From Calcarisporiella thermophila CBS 279.70 (lineage: Eukaryota; Fungi; Calcarisporiellomycota): a DNA stretch of 41,472 nt. The DNA is taken from the NCBI RefSeq assembly GCF_041956535.1, contig NW_027192206.1, positions 619,763 through 661,234 of the forward strand. Direction: 5' to 3'. Positions 14,511-28,943 of the stretch are shown in pieces; the first letter of the stretch is position 1; each line of letters opens with the position of its first letter. The notes beneath the pieces were generated by a model that worked only from the letters and a program-made list of their open reading frames with translations, was not told where the DNA came from and did no database searches. The translations under genes were made by a program, and so were the position numbers.

Positions 14511-14541
14511 TAATAAAATAATATTGTAAATAAATTATACC

Positions 14542-15413
14542 ATGACAGACAACGACAAATGCTACCCTACCACTTCATTGGAAGATGTTCTAACTCTCGC
14601 ATCCTCTCTTGAAATTGAGACTCCCGTGTCAACGGTATATGATCATTTGCCTTATTAGTAGATAAATCCCATATTCATCATCGACTGGTTAATTTAGTTT
14701 GAAGAACGAAGAAAACTAGATTCACAGCTAGAATTGGTAGATGCCATCGATGAAGCACTGGAATTGTCACTGGAATTGAACAAGGTAAAAAATAATAGCT
14801 TTTTTATAAAAAAATATGATTTATGCTTAGTATGGGTGTGCATACACTTAGACGAAAGGTGAAGTTGCTGCGAAGCAAGATTGGTTTCTGGCGAAGGACG
14901 TTTTACACCCTAATGAAATAGGTAATAACAGAATGTAATTCATCTCATTCAAAATCGGTTAGCTTATCATTGCACTAGATACAAAACTTCAGGAAATCAA
15001 TTCTCTTTCCATTCAACTTGAACAGTCCTTAGCAAGACAGGATGAAATGCTCATTCGATTGAAAGAACCTTATATTGGTCCACATATTTTCTTACCCGCC
15101 AAATACCACTCGTAATTATCTAGTGATTTTCTCCCTTCTATTTATATCTCACACTATTACTCTTCTTCTTATTTAAAGACAAGTATATGATCTCGTGACT
15201 GGAATGTTGAAGTATATCTCTCATCTCCCTCGTCATATCGACACCATTCGATGGCATCATGAGTTTGATACTGAAGATTTATTACGAGAACAAGAACGAA
15301 TATCTCACGAATTTGAAACAAGAACGGCAGTGTATGCCGCGATTCGAGAGAGGTTGGAGAGAGTGAGCCGATTAATGAGGGAAAGGGGCATAGAGGAATT
15401 GGAATGCCAGTAA
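14542..15413 (+). CDS. HAUS2: Augmin/HAUS subunit 2-like protein (5 exons)
   Basis: Spliced reading ...AKDVLHPNEI|DTKLQEINSLSIQLEQSLARQDEMLIRLKEPYIGPHIFLPAKYHS|QVYDLVTGMLKYISHLPRHIDTIRW aligns by eye with the HAUS2 core (DVxHP...RLxxP...LPxxAxYH...LxxHLxTIR). Confidence 0.7.
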
Positions 15414-16228
15414 CTTCCACGCTTTTTGCTGTAATTTACTACAATGAATTGTAAGATAATGTTATTTAGCATTAATATTTGATTAATTTTTATTTTTCAT
15501 ACAGCACAAATGAGAGTGGATTATCATATTCAAATAAAGTTGGACCGATGGTGAAAAGTTTTTTAACGCGATGGATTTGGGGAATATTAACGCTAAAGCA
15601 GTAGGTCTCCCCAGCACAACAACTCTTGCTTATGAACTATCAATATGGAATAGCCTGAGATCAGGAAATTTTCGATGTAAAAAATTGGTTTTTCATGAAA
15701 CTGGCTATCACTTTACACGCATCTTAATTTAAATGTATATCAAAAGCAGGATGCTGGAAGTAATATATCTTGAACAACGGATAGATTTATTACCGTAAAA
15801 ATACCTTGCCCTTCAACTATTTCAAGTCTTGAGCAAGCAGACCGTTTTGCCGACCCCCACAACTTCTCAGGCCTTATAGAAATGTTAACAAAAATAAGAT
15901 TGTGGTTTTTCCGTGAGGGTAATTAATGGTAGTAAATATTCTGGGTTATATATGACTAATGTGACAATAGTTTAAAAATGTAGCGGTGTTCTACTCTTTG
16001 GTAGATGCGTCATCTAGCAGTTATAAAAAGCACTTTCGCAAATTTGGATTGGTTTATTTCAAATTTATTCATTTTCTAAGTATATGAATTGCTTATACAT
16101 TCAAAACGAGTGATAAATTGACATGGACATATCACTACATGTATATATCAAAGGAAAAAAAATGTTATACTATTTGGAAAAATGCTCCTGGCCGTGTATT
16201 TGCCAACTAGCGCGTATTCCTCATGTTA

Positions 16229-16408
16229 CTACTTTCCAGGTTTCTTTTTCTTTTCGCCTTCTTTTTTACTCTTCTCCCCACCCTTCTTAGTCTCTTTATT
16301 CTTCTTTGTATCATTGCTACCAGGCTCGGACCGTATCGATTCACCTTTTGTTTCATTACCCTTTTGCTCGGGGATTTTAGTTTTGAGCTGGTCCTTGTTG
16401 CTTGACAT
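16229..16408 (-). CDS. Putative 59-aa Lys/Glu/Gly-rich hydrophilic microprotein
   Basis: MSSNKDQLKTKIPEQKGNETKGESIRSEPGSNDTKKNKETKKGGEKSKKEGEKKKKPGK then tandem TAG TAA. A at -3, a CT-rich tract and TATATA about 60 nt upstream. Falls below the ORF-track length cutoff. Confidence 0.55.
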   Translation of the reverse strand: MSSNKDQLKTKIPEQKGNETKGESIRSEPGSNDTKKNKETKKGGEKSKKEGEKKKKPGK

Positions 16409-16935
16409 GTTATGTCTGGTTCGCGCTAGGTGGTTATAGGTAAGAGAGAAAAATGAAAGCCTGATCTGCTATATAGCTAGAGCGGTTTGATAAGGGGGAT
16501 ATATATCACCTGTTTATTAAGTTCATCTCTTATATTTCTCTTAAAATTTTTAGTGCAGCTCTTGCACGTCCAACTTTTTTTTATTCTGCTTGACTCCGAA
16601 TCTTCTGCATTGAGCAATCCATGACCCAAGCCTCAACATTAAATTTTAATTGGGATGAAATTTCAGATTGTTCGTGGAGAGCCGGTTTTTTTTATTTTTT
16701 ATATTTCGGGAAGAGCGTCCCTTTCTTTATTATCCACATCACATCTCATCATCACTCTCTCCTATTCTCTTACAATCCAGTAATTCTTCTCAGGTAATTT
16801 GAAATATATTCTCATTTCCGCACCATCTCTCCTTACTAACGCGTATCAATCCTTTTGTCCCCTTACTCTATTAGCTTGAATTATTTCATATTTGTCTTCC
16901 CTCTCTTTCTCCAATACACCTCAATTTAAACGGAA

Positions 16936-18251
16936 ATGATGGCCCACGTAATTACGGCTTTCGCGTTGTTTTTTCAGAGAATATTCCTTTCGAATTTACA
17001 TTCATCTCCTTTTGGTTTTTTTAGAGGCTCGGCGGTCGCAGGAAGAATGTCAAAAAAGGATTTCAATTCACCATCATGGTTGTAGGGGCATCAGGACTTG
17101 GTCGCACCACCTTCGTCAACACCCTTGTTGAGTCTGAGGTTCTCCAACACCGTGAAAATGATAATCCCGAACATGCTCATCAAGAGGAAGGGATACGCAT
17201 TAAACCTGTAACGGTGGAGCTTGATGAGGAGGGAGTGCGGATCTCCCTTACCATCGTGGACACACCCGGGTTTGGCGACAACATCGATAATGAATTCTGC
17301 TTCCAAGAAATTATGGGCTATCTAGAAAGGCAGTATGACGACATTTTAGCAGAAGAAACTCGCATAAAACGGAATCCACGGTTCCGGGATAACAGAGTGC
17401 ATGCGCTGCTCTATTTCATAACCCCTACTGGCCATGGGCTGCGAGAAATAGATATAGAGTTGATGCGACGACTGAGTCCCCGTGTGAATGTAATACCTGT
17501 GATTGGAAAAGCCGATACTTTTACACCCGAGGAGCTTAAGGAGTTTAAGAAAAAGGTAAGTCTATACACAAATCTCGATGCACCCAGTTTTGGATCTAAC
17601 TATAGTTGCAAATAGGTCATGGAGGATATTGAGTACTACAACATTCCCATCTATAATTTCCCCTACGATCCGGAGGAAGATGACGAGGAAACTGTGGAAG
17701 AAAATAGCGAACTTCGCGCTCTCCTTCCTTTCGGCATCATCGGAAGTGAAGAGGAGGTCATCGTCAATGGGCGCAAGGTACGCGGTCGGCAGTACCCATG
17801 GGGTGTGGTCGAAGGTAATTAATACCGCTGGAAGATTGCACTGACCTGTGGTAAAGCTAATTGTATCATTGCTGATGCTATAGTTAACAACCCTCGCCAC
17901 TCCGATTTTGAGCGCCTTCGCACCGCCCTTCTTACGACCCACCTAGAGGATCTCAAAGAAATCACCCACGACTTCCTTTATGAAAACTATCGTACCGAAA
18001 AACTGTCTCGCCACAATGCAAGCTCCCCTCAGGCAGATAACGATGGAGTGATTGCGCCCGAGGATATGACGAAGCAAACTGTGATGCTGAAGGAGGAACA
18101 GCTGCGCAAGGAGGAGGAGAAACTTCGCGATATAGAAATGCGTGTCCAACGTGAAATCATGGAGAAACGGAGAGAGTTGATCGCCAAGGAGGAGGCGCTA
18201 CGTAGCCTGGAGCAGAGACTTGCGGCTGCGCAGATGCAAACCGTTGAATAG
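16936..18251 (+). CDS. CDC11: Septin, Cdc11/AspA group (multi-exon)
   Basis: MMAH|RLGGRRKNVKKGFQFTIMVVGASGLGRTTFVNTL (Cdc11-type GxxGxGRT), DTPGFGD, GKADT, GRQYPWG and a C-terminal coiled coil. Confidence 0.93.
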
Positions 18252-18689
18252 AGGGGAGGGTTTCAAGGAAGCTTGGCTGAATTTTTAGACTGGCTGGATT
18301 ATTATTTTATTTCGTTAAAATAATATCAATCCCTCATATCGAATGCATTGATTTGTTTGTCTCCGTGAATATGGTGAGGTTATCTTTTCTTACCTTTTTT
18401 TGTTTTTCTTTTTCTTTGTTTCTCAATCCGTTTCTCTCTTCATTAAGTCCCTAATCATCTTTACAATCACAAATAATAAAAAATATTTTTAATGGGTCAT
18501 AGAATGTGTAATCGTTCTAAACACTCGCTATACTTTTTAGGGGAGAGAACTCGGGACCAGAGAATGGAAAAGTGTCACGGAAGAAAAGCAAAGTTAAAAG
18601 TAAAAAGAAAAAAAAAATAGAAAAGAAATACACATCACAGTAGAGCTAAGGCGGAAATAGTAAAAGAAAAAAAATCGAGGATATAGGAT

Positions 18690-19742
<1,053 letters not shown>

Positions 19743-20210
19743 CGCTTCAAAAAAGAATGAATAAAATATTATAAATTAAAATAGTCTCTCTATTCTTCAA
19801 AAATAGGTGGAGAAATAAAGGGTAGAACTATGCAGCTTGATAGATGCTATTTAAAAATGTGTAGAGTCAGAATGCTTTTAGGAGCAGAGCAGTTTGATGA
19901 GATCTAATCTAGCTTGAAATGCTAAATATGTTATGAAGAACGAGAGGTCGTTAGAAAAATGTGGCTAAGCCCCGTAGAAAGGAGGGGATGGAAAATCGGG
20001 GAAATCCAATATTCAATGACCGAATTTGCTTTCCGGTGGATTGTCTTGTCGTGTTCGTTAAAGAGCGCAGGTTAGAAACAATATAGTTAGCCTAATATAT
20101 TTATTTAGCTAAAGTCGCTTTGCATTTTTTCACCTTTGTCTCTTGCGTATTTATTCAACACTTTGTTTAGCATGAGCTAAAAAAATGACTCTCTATGCTT
20201 TATTAATGTT

Positions 20211-22689
20211 TTACAAACTTAATTCTTCTGTATCCACCGAATCTTCTAAAACCTCTCGATCGGCTTCATCGCTATCCTCTGCCAATAGTGGCTCTTCAGC
20301 CGCCAACGGCTCCAGTTCACTATACTCTGATACAGGAGGGTATTTCTGGAAATACGTGTGAATGTCCCCAATATGCAAGCGATAAATGCAGAATATGATG
20401 AGAATGGCTGAGGCTGAAAGCGAAATTAAAACAGTGATTCCCCTATTAAAGATGTGTTACCATTGCCATTTGCTGGAATTGAAAAAAAAAATAAACACGA
20501 AAAACACAATATCCTACATTGCTTCTGCTGCATCACGCTTTTTAACTGGTGGTGCTAGCTCCTAGTAAGATTCAACAATATTGACAAGTAGCGAAGTTAG
20601 AAATGCAATTACTAGGATAGAATTCATGTGGCGAATGGAAAACTCACCAATTGGCCTCTCTCTTGTTTCAATTCTCCTACACCAATAAACCAATTTATAA
20701 GCGCTTGCATTTCCTTCGGCCGATCATATGGCACCATATGTGATCCACCCCGAACTGTGATGTAGGTCATATTGCGCGACTTCTGTAGCGTACCTGCTCT
20801 GCGGCCATTCACATACCAGTAACGAGAAGGCGCAGAGAGACCACGCGCTTTATTCCATTCTAGAGATTCGAGCATATTCTTAGTGCCAATATGATTGCAA
20901 ATAAGATCCTGGTCTCCGCTAAGAAGAAAGACAATCTATTAGAGATGCATACCTGAGTACAAGTAAATTTATTTTTATTTACCTGTATATCATAACTGGG
21001 ATATGTGCTAATATGTTTGGTAGAAGTGTGTCAGGTGGAGGTGATGTATCCTCATCTAACTTCCTCCCGACAAGTGAAGAACATTCGACCCATCCCGATA
21101 TTTTCCCTTGAGCATGGATCGCCTTTAACACCACTTTCTGTCTAAGATATTTAGTAATGTCTTTGAGTTCAAAGGGCCAGTTGATACCACAGCTTGGATA
21201 AAGATCAATTCCACGAATGTCATATTCATTAATGCAGTAATTTCTGCCATTTTTCCTATGTTTATGTAAAAATTAGATAGAAGAAGAGTAAAGAAAAATA
21301 GTAAATGAGCAGTGAAAGTCGAGGACAAAATTTACCTTGTAACAGTATTGTCAAGTATGGTTTGGAGGATATTCTCACATGCATCCATGTGAATTCGGAT
21401 TCCTTCTTTGAGCTGCCGCCTGTGGCAATTGGTCACCAGTTTTTCCACTTCTCCCTTCGCATTGCCCTTCAGGATACCTTTTTCCACGCTATATGTATAA
21501 TATGCCTGGTACTGTTGGGGAAAAATAGCATCCATTAGAATTTTCCTGGATTTTATTCTTGTATATTCCAGCTCAAAATAATAATAGAATACTTGATGTT
21601 TTGGTGATATCCATGGATTCCCCATTGCAATCCCACGAATATTATAGGTGTGTTTTACAGAGTTTCGCTTCAAAATCTCAGAGGTGATATAGGGTATATA
21701 AACTCCAGCGAAACTCTCGCCCGAAATATATAACTATGAAATAAATGCAATCAATTCCCGGATAAGCAAAGGAAAGGAGAGCAGGTATTACATCATAGTT
21801 CTTATAGTAGGGGAATAACTTAAGGAACTTGTTAAAGAATATCATGAACTGATCCACCACCTTGGTTTTATATAACAAAAGGTTAGAATTGATAAGAGAG
21901 CCTGCAACCTCATATGATCATTTTAAAACCATCACCTCGCTCATCTTTGTGACATATGCGTCAGTTTTAGCATAACTTAAGCCTGTTCCTACGGGTTGGT
22001 CAACTAATCAGGCAATTTTGTTATATTCTAATGCATGAGGAAGTGGAAGGCCTGAAGTTACCAAAGAGCACACTTGCATATTCATTCCAAGTGCCCTCGT
22101 TATAAGTGAGGGTAAGATCAGGTTGCATACGATAGGGACCGTTTTCTAGAAAGATACCATCCTCGCTAAATAGAAATATTAAATTAGTGTTCGTTTCAGG
22201 CAATATTCTTCATAAAGCTCGACGCACCTTGAGCTTCAAAACAATTTGTTAAAGATTAGAAAAATAAGCAATTAAAAAAGAAAATATGAGTAATATACAA
22301 CTATACCATCCAGGACCTAAAGACGAAATACTGGTTATAAACAGTTTAAGAGGCAAGAGGAAAGATGCCTACCCCCATTAAGCCATACAATTAACTTATC
22401 ACCCCTCGCCTTAATCTGTCTCTCAAACAACCAGAAGAATATATGTGCATCCGAAGAGAGGTCTATTTCAATATGGCCAGCATACTGCTTCAGGTGGAGA
22501 TTTGCTGGCATCCCAGGCAGCTCTTTCACTAAGTAATCCTGGGCTGTAATGGAAAAGGGAGAAGCCATTTCATTTCAACTAGTCCGAGAATTACAACATT
22601 TCATAAAAAGAGCGACCTTGCCTGCCAGCCATGACTAATAATGAGACCCACCCCCACGCAGCCAGCTGAATCCATAACCTCCACAACAT
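20211..22689 (-). CDS. KEX1: Kex1-type membrane-anchored serine carboxypeptidase (S10), multi-exon
   Basis: Signal peptide [81 protein letters not shown]-terminal TM helix and acidic cytosolic tail. Confidence 0.92.
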
Positions 22690-22856
22690 CACTTCTGTAA
22701 ATGAACGTATAAGGACAATTATATTCGATAGTGTAATTGTAAAATATGAAATGAATCTCCAATTGGGAAATATTTAATATCCAGCAAAGCCACAAATTCA
22801 CTGGCATTTTATTCTATTCAATTCTCTTCTATGATTCAGTTGGCCATATATTTCAA

Positions 22857-24045
22857 TTAGGATGATATACGCTTCAGGCTAGATATGGCCTCAGCTCCGC
22901 TCCGTATTGTTTCAAATAGCGATTGCATTCGAGAATGCTCGTCCAAAGGAGTATTGTCGACTTTTTGACGAAGAAGATCGATGCGGTGAAGGAGAGTATC
23001 AATTGTACTAGCAACAACATCGGAGGTATCTGGTGTATAAGAAGCTTGATCCAAATTCGGAGCAGATTTCGGAAGGGAGTTTTTGTGAAGTAGAGATGAT
23101 TCAGGGAGTTCGGGTTGTAGAGAGTAAGATCCTGGTGTCTGTATTGATCGAAAGGAGTTAGCTTTACATCTTTTTGCTGGGATCTACGGAAAATAAGTAC
23201 TGAAAACATTAATGGATGCCTTTGAGAAGAGCATCATATAATATAGTGTACTTATTTTCACATAAGACATCCAAAAAAAAGTTCCATGCAATCTATAAGC
23301 GGAATAGAATATAACTTACATCACTGACATCCTCAGCCTTCCTTTTATCGCTCGTATTCTGGGCCTTTACACTCTCTTTTTTCCCCTCAGAATCAAGTGT
23401 CAATGTATCTCCTACCTTCACATAATACCGACCGCACACTACACACATACACCGTTTCTCTCGATTTCTTAATAATGGTATCTATATATATACATTTTCT
23501 GTCAGCAGTCTATTGAAAAACAATACCATTCTATTGACATACTCCGTAGCATGTCTCATTAATGCAAGAATCGTTCAATAGGGCCCACCCTTGAAGCATT
23601 TTTTCGCCAATAAGCTTGGTAGCCTTTTCGGATTGCTCTCTCCTTGCTTGCTTTTCATCTTCTATTATTTTTGCCTTTTCATTTGCAATTTCATACTCCA
23701 ATTCCCTATCTCCTATCATTTCCTCATTATTATTATGTACGAAAGATGCCGAGACTTGATCATTTGTTATATTTGCAGGGGATGATTTTGAAGGGGGCAC
23801 GGAATCCGTAGAACATCGCACACATATATATTTATCCTTGTCATTGAAAGATCGCATCAACGGGACACCGCAGTTGGGCGTAGAGCAAACCACATCGGTT
23901 AGGATCTGGACATTGTTAATTAGTCAAATTATTCAAATGAATTAGGCACATGAATAGAAATGCTCACCCAGCCTTTCAGAAGGTATTGTCCTATTGAAGC
24001 GGTAATAGAATCGTGAGATTTTGGCTCTGGGGCAAACGTCGTCAT
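22857..24045 (-). CDS. SSSCA1/autoantigen-p27 (ZNRD2)-like protein with two zinc-ribbon repeats
   Basis: IGQYLLKGW|ILTDVVCSTPNCGVPLMRS...CVRC and IGEKMLQGWALLNDSCINETCYG|IPLLRNR...CVVC; helical C-terminus ending ...AEAISSLKRISS. Confidence 0.85.
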
Positions 24046-25878
24046 TAAAGCAATTATCGGGCGAAAAGTGCAATATCGAAGATGGCTATTAAGTTATAAA
24101 ATTTGTTTTTGCGGCTTAGCTTTAACTACTAATGAAATCCAAGGCTCCCAATGGATATTATAGTATTAATATAAATTATATCACAAATCATTAACTAAAA
24201 TGACGATGAGTATACGAGACAAAGAAATAAGTTGAGACGAAAGGAATATCACGTATAGGGATCTTTATCGCAATTTAAAAAATTCGACATCGGTAGTAAG
24301 TTTCTCATCAATATGATAACTCTTCATTTTTTTAATATTTCAACCTAGCGCGAGTAAAAACTCTTAAAAATCACGCTCATATAAAGTATTTTTATTATTT
24401 TTATCTTGCATCATAATGTAGGAATGCAGACAATTCTCCAAATAGCAGCTTAAGAACTTGCTTATCTGGATTTGCGCTGCTTAGATCAGGATATCTAGTG
24501 TGATAAGGTGAAAGAATTGAGATTCATTGTTAAACCGAAAATGAATGTTATATTCGATAGAAACATAGAATTGCCCCACGTTAAGCTTGTCAACCAGAAT
24601 TACATATTAGGCACATCCAAATTTCAAATTTTTTAAAGATTGTCATCCCGCGAGTCTCAACTAGATGGGCAAGGGCAATTTCATGTACAAGCTTATCTCT
24701 TTGAACACTTTTTAGAAAATCGATAGAGAAAGGAATGATTTCGAAATCGTTTCACTATTGCTTTCAACTCACCAATTATGCTTTCTGCACATGAAAAACT
24801 GCTCTAAGGAAAACATCTTTAAGAAGTAAGCTGTTGGCATGTGATGCACGATCACAGCATACAAGCTTGCTAAGCTCCTTCTCTATATTAATGTTGGAGG
24901 AAAGTGAATTGTGTGTTTTCGTGGGTAGAACTGAACGTTTTGGAAACATTGGACTATCATAATTAAAGCATTCAATTCACCCAAAGAGGTCAACCCAGGG
25001 ATTAATTTGGAAAAACTATATATAGACTATTGGTAATACCCAACATTTGCGGCTACATCAGCAAAAATACTATGCTGTTCACATCGCTACGCTGGCTTCA
25101 GTAGCAAGCGCCGTGTAAGATCAAGCTCCACTTGCTCCGGCACTCTGCCTTGTTGAGTTTGCAATTTCATCTAATAATTCTAGCTTAAGCTCAACCTAAT
25201 AGCCTGCCCTTATAAATAAACTTTATGAGGTCCTTCCTCGCAATAGCCGCCGTGCTATTCAATCCTAGCAGCGCTTTAACAAGAGAAAGAGGCCTCGCTT
25301 TGTCGCTGCTAGTCCATCTAAAATGGACAGCCCCGGCACAAAATTGACATCCTCGGTCTTTGAAAATATATTACGAAATGGTAGCTCCTTGCTGCTCTTC
25401 CATGTGTATGCTTCAGGAAAATGGATTGGAAAAATCATTTCGTGCAACCTTCCCGATTTTCCAAACTTTGATCACAGTAGAATAAGGAAGTGTGTGTGGC
25501 TGAAGGCGATCTGATTCAAATCAAAAAAGAAAATTTGGTTTGGAATACCTATCGAGAAACACCAAACAAGCAGTTGTCAGCTTGCTACAGCTGCACTCGG
25601 GCTTGGGCGACCAGCGTCACTTTGCGCGGTCTCATCTTGCGAGCCAGGGCTTTAGCATGGTGTTTCCAGGAATCCAAGTCGTGGGCACGAGCATGAGCAA
25701 ATACCTTCAATCACAGCCAATGGCACGACGAAGAATTGACCACATGGGAAATCTTGCTTAGAAAGTTAAATTCAACCAGCTATCAGGGAGAGATCTTGGA
25801 GCGGGCCAACTCTTATTTAATGCCCTTGAACATTAAATCGGGAAGCCTCAACCTTTTCTCTCCTTTCTTTTCACAAGC

Positions 25879-28366
25879 ATGAAAATCCGCTCGTTAATTG
25901 CGATCTTGGGGGTTGTCTCCTTGGCTCTAGGTATCCATTGAACCAAAGCATGTCGTTGCTATTCATGCTAGGCTAAGACGCGAGCTAACCTGTCTACTCT
26001 TATAGCAAAGGGTTCCAAAGACGATACCTACACGTATATCACGGACATTGGGCTAAAAGCGTGCGACTCCGTGTATTGTGAGCTTCCTCAGCCATGGCAC
26101 CGCGTCCCTATGGACCTCAACAAAGGCGCTAAAGGCAAATATATCTACTTGCATTATCGCAAAGATGCGCGCGGGAAACCTATCACCAACATCATCCAGC
26201 TCAAGGATGATGAACCTGCACCAGCCGGATACAAAAAACTTGAGCTCAACGTGAACGAGGGCTCAAAAGCTCCCAAGAGATATCTTGCCTTTACCACCTC
26301 CTTATCAGCAGGGGATCCCATCCAAAACTTGTTGGTGAAATTTGGAGGGGATGCAATTGCCATCGACGGCTATAGAAAATTCAATTTCAACCTCAATGAT
26401 GGTCTTGGTAATAGAACTCTAGGCTGTTTTTAGAAGTTTCTCAATGCTGTTTACATTATCTCATATCCTCAACCTTATTTTATAGGTGAAGTAGTCAATT
26501 TATTCTATCAGCCGAAAACTAAAGAAGGTGAGTGTAGAAATAGTATATCATCTCCATGCTTTGAATTCATGGACTTTCCTACTCGTTTGATCATTTAGTT
26601 CCGATCTCCGATATTACTGTGGAGGTCTGTGATGATAAAGCCTGCGAGAAAGAGGGGTGGACGAAATCCAATCATGACTTGAATGCCGACGTATCGGACA
26701 AATACATTTATATCTTCTATAAGAGACTTGGTAGGCTGCTTAAATCTGGCTCTACTATCTGGGGCTAATCTGTTCGCTTCATTTTATAGGACATGGAGCC
26801 GCAATCACAGATCTCAAAGCTTCCACAAAAACAGATATGCCTGGCTATATTCGGATTGAAACCAACCTGAATGAAGGCACAGAAGGAAAACCGGTGTATC
26901 TCTTTTACAAAAAGAGCAAAAAGGGGACCCCAGTCTATGATATAACGGTACTCAGCGGGCAAGACTTGGTCGACCCATATGGTTACACTAAAGTTGACCA
27001 AGATCTTAACGTTGAAAGTAGTGGCTACCCAGTCTACCTGTACTACAGGCATAAACAGAAGGGTAGCTTCAAATGGATTTTTGAGCAATATATTCCATAT
27101 TACTCACCTATTTTTGCGACTTTATAGAGCTACCTCAAACCCCTAAACTCAAATTTCATCGCGATGGAACCTTCAAAATCTTGCAGCTTGCTGACCTACA
27201 CATGACAAGCAACCGAGGAGGGTGCATTGATATCCCAAAGACACCTGAAGTAGAATTGCCATTGTCATGTGCAATAGTATACATAATTTTTTCTAACTTT
27301 TGCTTGTTATTCAAATGTAGTGGAAAAATTGTACCAATCTTAAAACATTTGCGTTTGCCGAACGTATGATCGCTGCTGAAAAACCAGATATGATCGTCTT
27401 TACTGGAGACAATGTGATGGGGTCTCCAGATCCAAGGGCCTCCGTTCTCAAGTATGCTAGCATCGCTTTCAAACATAAGATTCCATGGGTATGTATGGGA
27501 GTAAATTGTTTTTGCTGCTCATTTTTAACCTTCAGCCTTATGTAGGCCTTTGTCCATGGTAACCATGATGACGAAGCCTCTTTGTCTCGGCTTGAACTCA
27601 CGCAAACCGCCCTCAGCCTTCCTTACTCTCTTGGTCAAAATGGCCCTTACAGTTTGTTTGGGTCTGGTAACTACTATACACAAATCCTAGGAAAAGGGTA
27701 ACTACATGTACGATAGGTATGCAATAGTATGTAGCAATCTAAGCTTTGTCACGCTCATTAGGGATAAACCATCTTTCACTCTCTATTTTGTTGACTCCGG
27801 GGCGTATAATCTAGACACTAGTATTAAAGGCTATGACTATATCAAAGAGGACCAGATTGACTGGTTCCGTGAAACTTCCAAGGCGATTGGAGGCAAAAAA
27901 GAGAAAAAGCCAAATGCAGTAGCCTTCTGGCACATCCCTACAAATGAATACAAGAAAGTAAGTGAAGTGCCTGACAAGCGAGTTGGAGACATTGGTGAAA
28001 AAGTTTCTAGCCCGGTAACTGAAACGCCTTTTATTGACGCTCTACATGAGGGTATGTGGATAGAATGTTGCCTTCGTTGGAAAACCTTTACTTGCCGAAT
28101 TTGTACTCAAATATAATTTTATAGCCGGCGATGTTAAAATGACGGTTGTCGGACATGATCATGTCAATGACTATTGCTTCCCACACAAAAGCATGCAGCT
28201 CTGTTATGGAGGTGGTGCAGGATATGGTACTTACGGTGCTACAAACAAGGGCTGGGATAGACGCGCACGTATCATTCAACTCACTGATTTTGGCAAGCAC
28301 ATCAAAACATGGAAGCGCAAGGACAACGCGGATCTGTCGGTTCTGAACCCACAGTTAATTGTTTAG
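25879..28366 (+). CDS. Secreted Dcr2-like calcineurin-type metallophosphoesterase with six N-terminal MABP-like repeats (multi-exon)
   Basis: Signal peptide MKIRSLIAILGVVSLAL and six (D/N)LNxGxxGxxxYLxY-type repeats, then FKILQLADLH, VFTGDN, GNHDD, FWHIP, GHDHVND and LCYGGGAGYGTY. Confidence 0.9.
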
Positions 28367-28871
28367 AATACTCATCTGAATTTATATAATAGTATTTTAT
28401 GTTTGTTAATGGTTGTTACAATCTCTAATTGTTTTACTTACTAGTACCTCTCCTTCCCTTTATAATACTTTTTTATTTATTTCCTCCTACTAATACCACC
28501 GTATTCAAACGGAATAGATTGGGGTTGGTTTAAAAGATATCGATTGGTAGAATTAGGATATTCTTGAGGATGATATGATCTCTAAACATGAATCCAATTC
28601 CACTATAGTATCTTTAGCTGATTTAAGAGTGAACTTGATACGATCGTCTCATATTCATTGCACTCCAAATTTACATTATTATGGTAGAATTTTAGAACCT
28701 TTTGGAAAATGATCCATAAAAGCCTAATAACAACCAGCCTATATATGTGAAATAAATCAAAATTAGTTTATTGATATTTAATTGAAATTGAGCATTAATA
28801 TTCTCCATATTAATAAAAACAAAAAAATTTGAAATTGGCAATATAGAAAAATTATGGGGAAATATAAAAAG

Positions 28872-28943
28872 GGGCTCAACTGGGAATTGAACCCAGGACC
28901 TCTCCCACCCTAAGGGAGAATTATACCACTAAACCATTGAGCC
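28872..28943 (-). tRNA. tRNA-Pro(AGG), copy 1
   Basis: 72-nt cloverleaf GGCTCAA...TTGAGCC-C; anticodon arm CTCCC-TTAGGGT-GGGAG; T arm CTGGG-TTCAATT-CCCAG; T5 Pol III terminator just downstream. Confidence 0.97.

Noticed and set aside
16182-16439. Phe/Leu-rich plus-strand ORFs resembling membrane peptides
   Set aside because: Better explained as the antisense shadow of the Lys-rich minus-strand ORF.
25000-25800. Several short overlapping ORFs upstream of the phosphoesterase
   Set aside because: No recognisable motif or consistent splice model; left unassigned.
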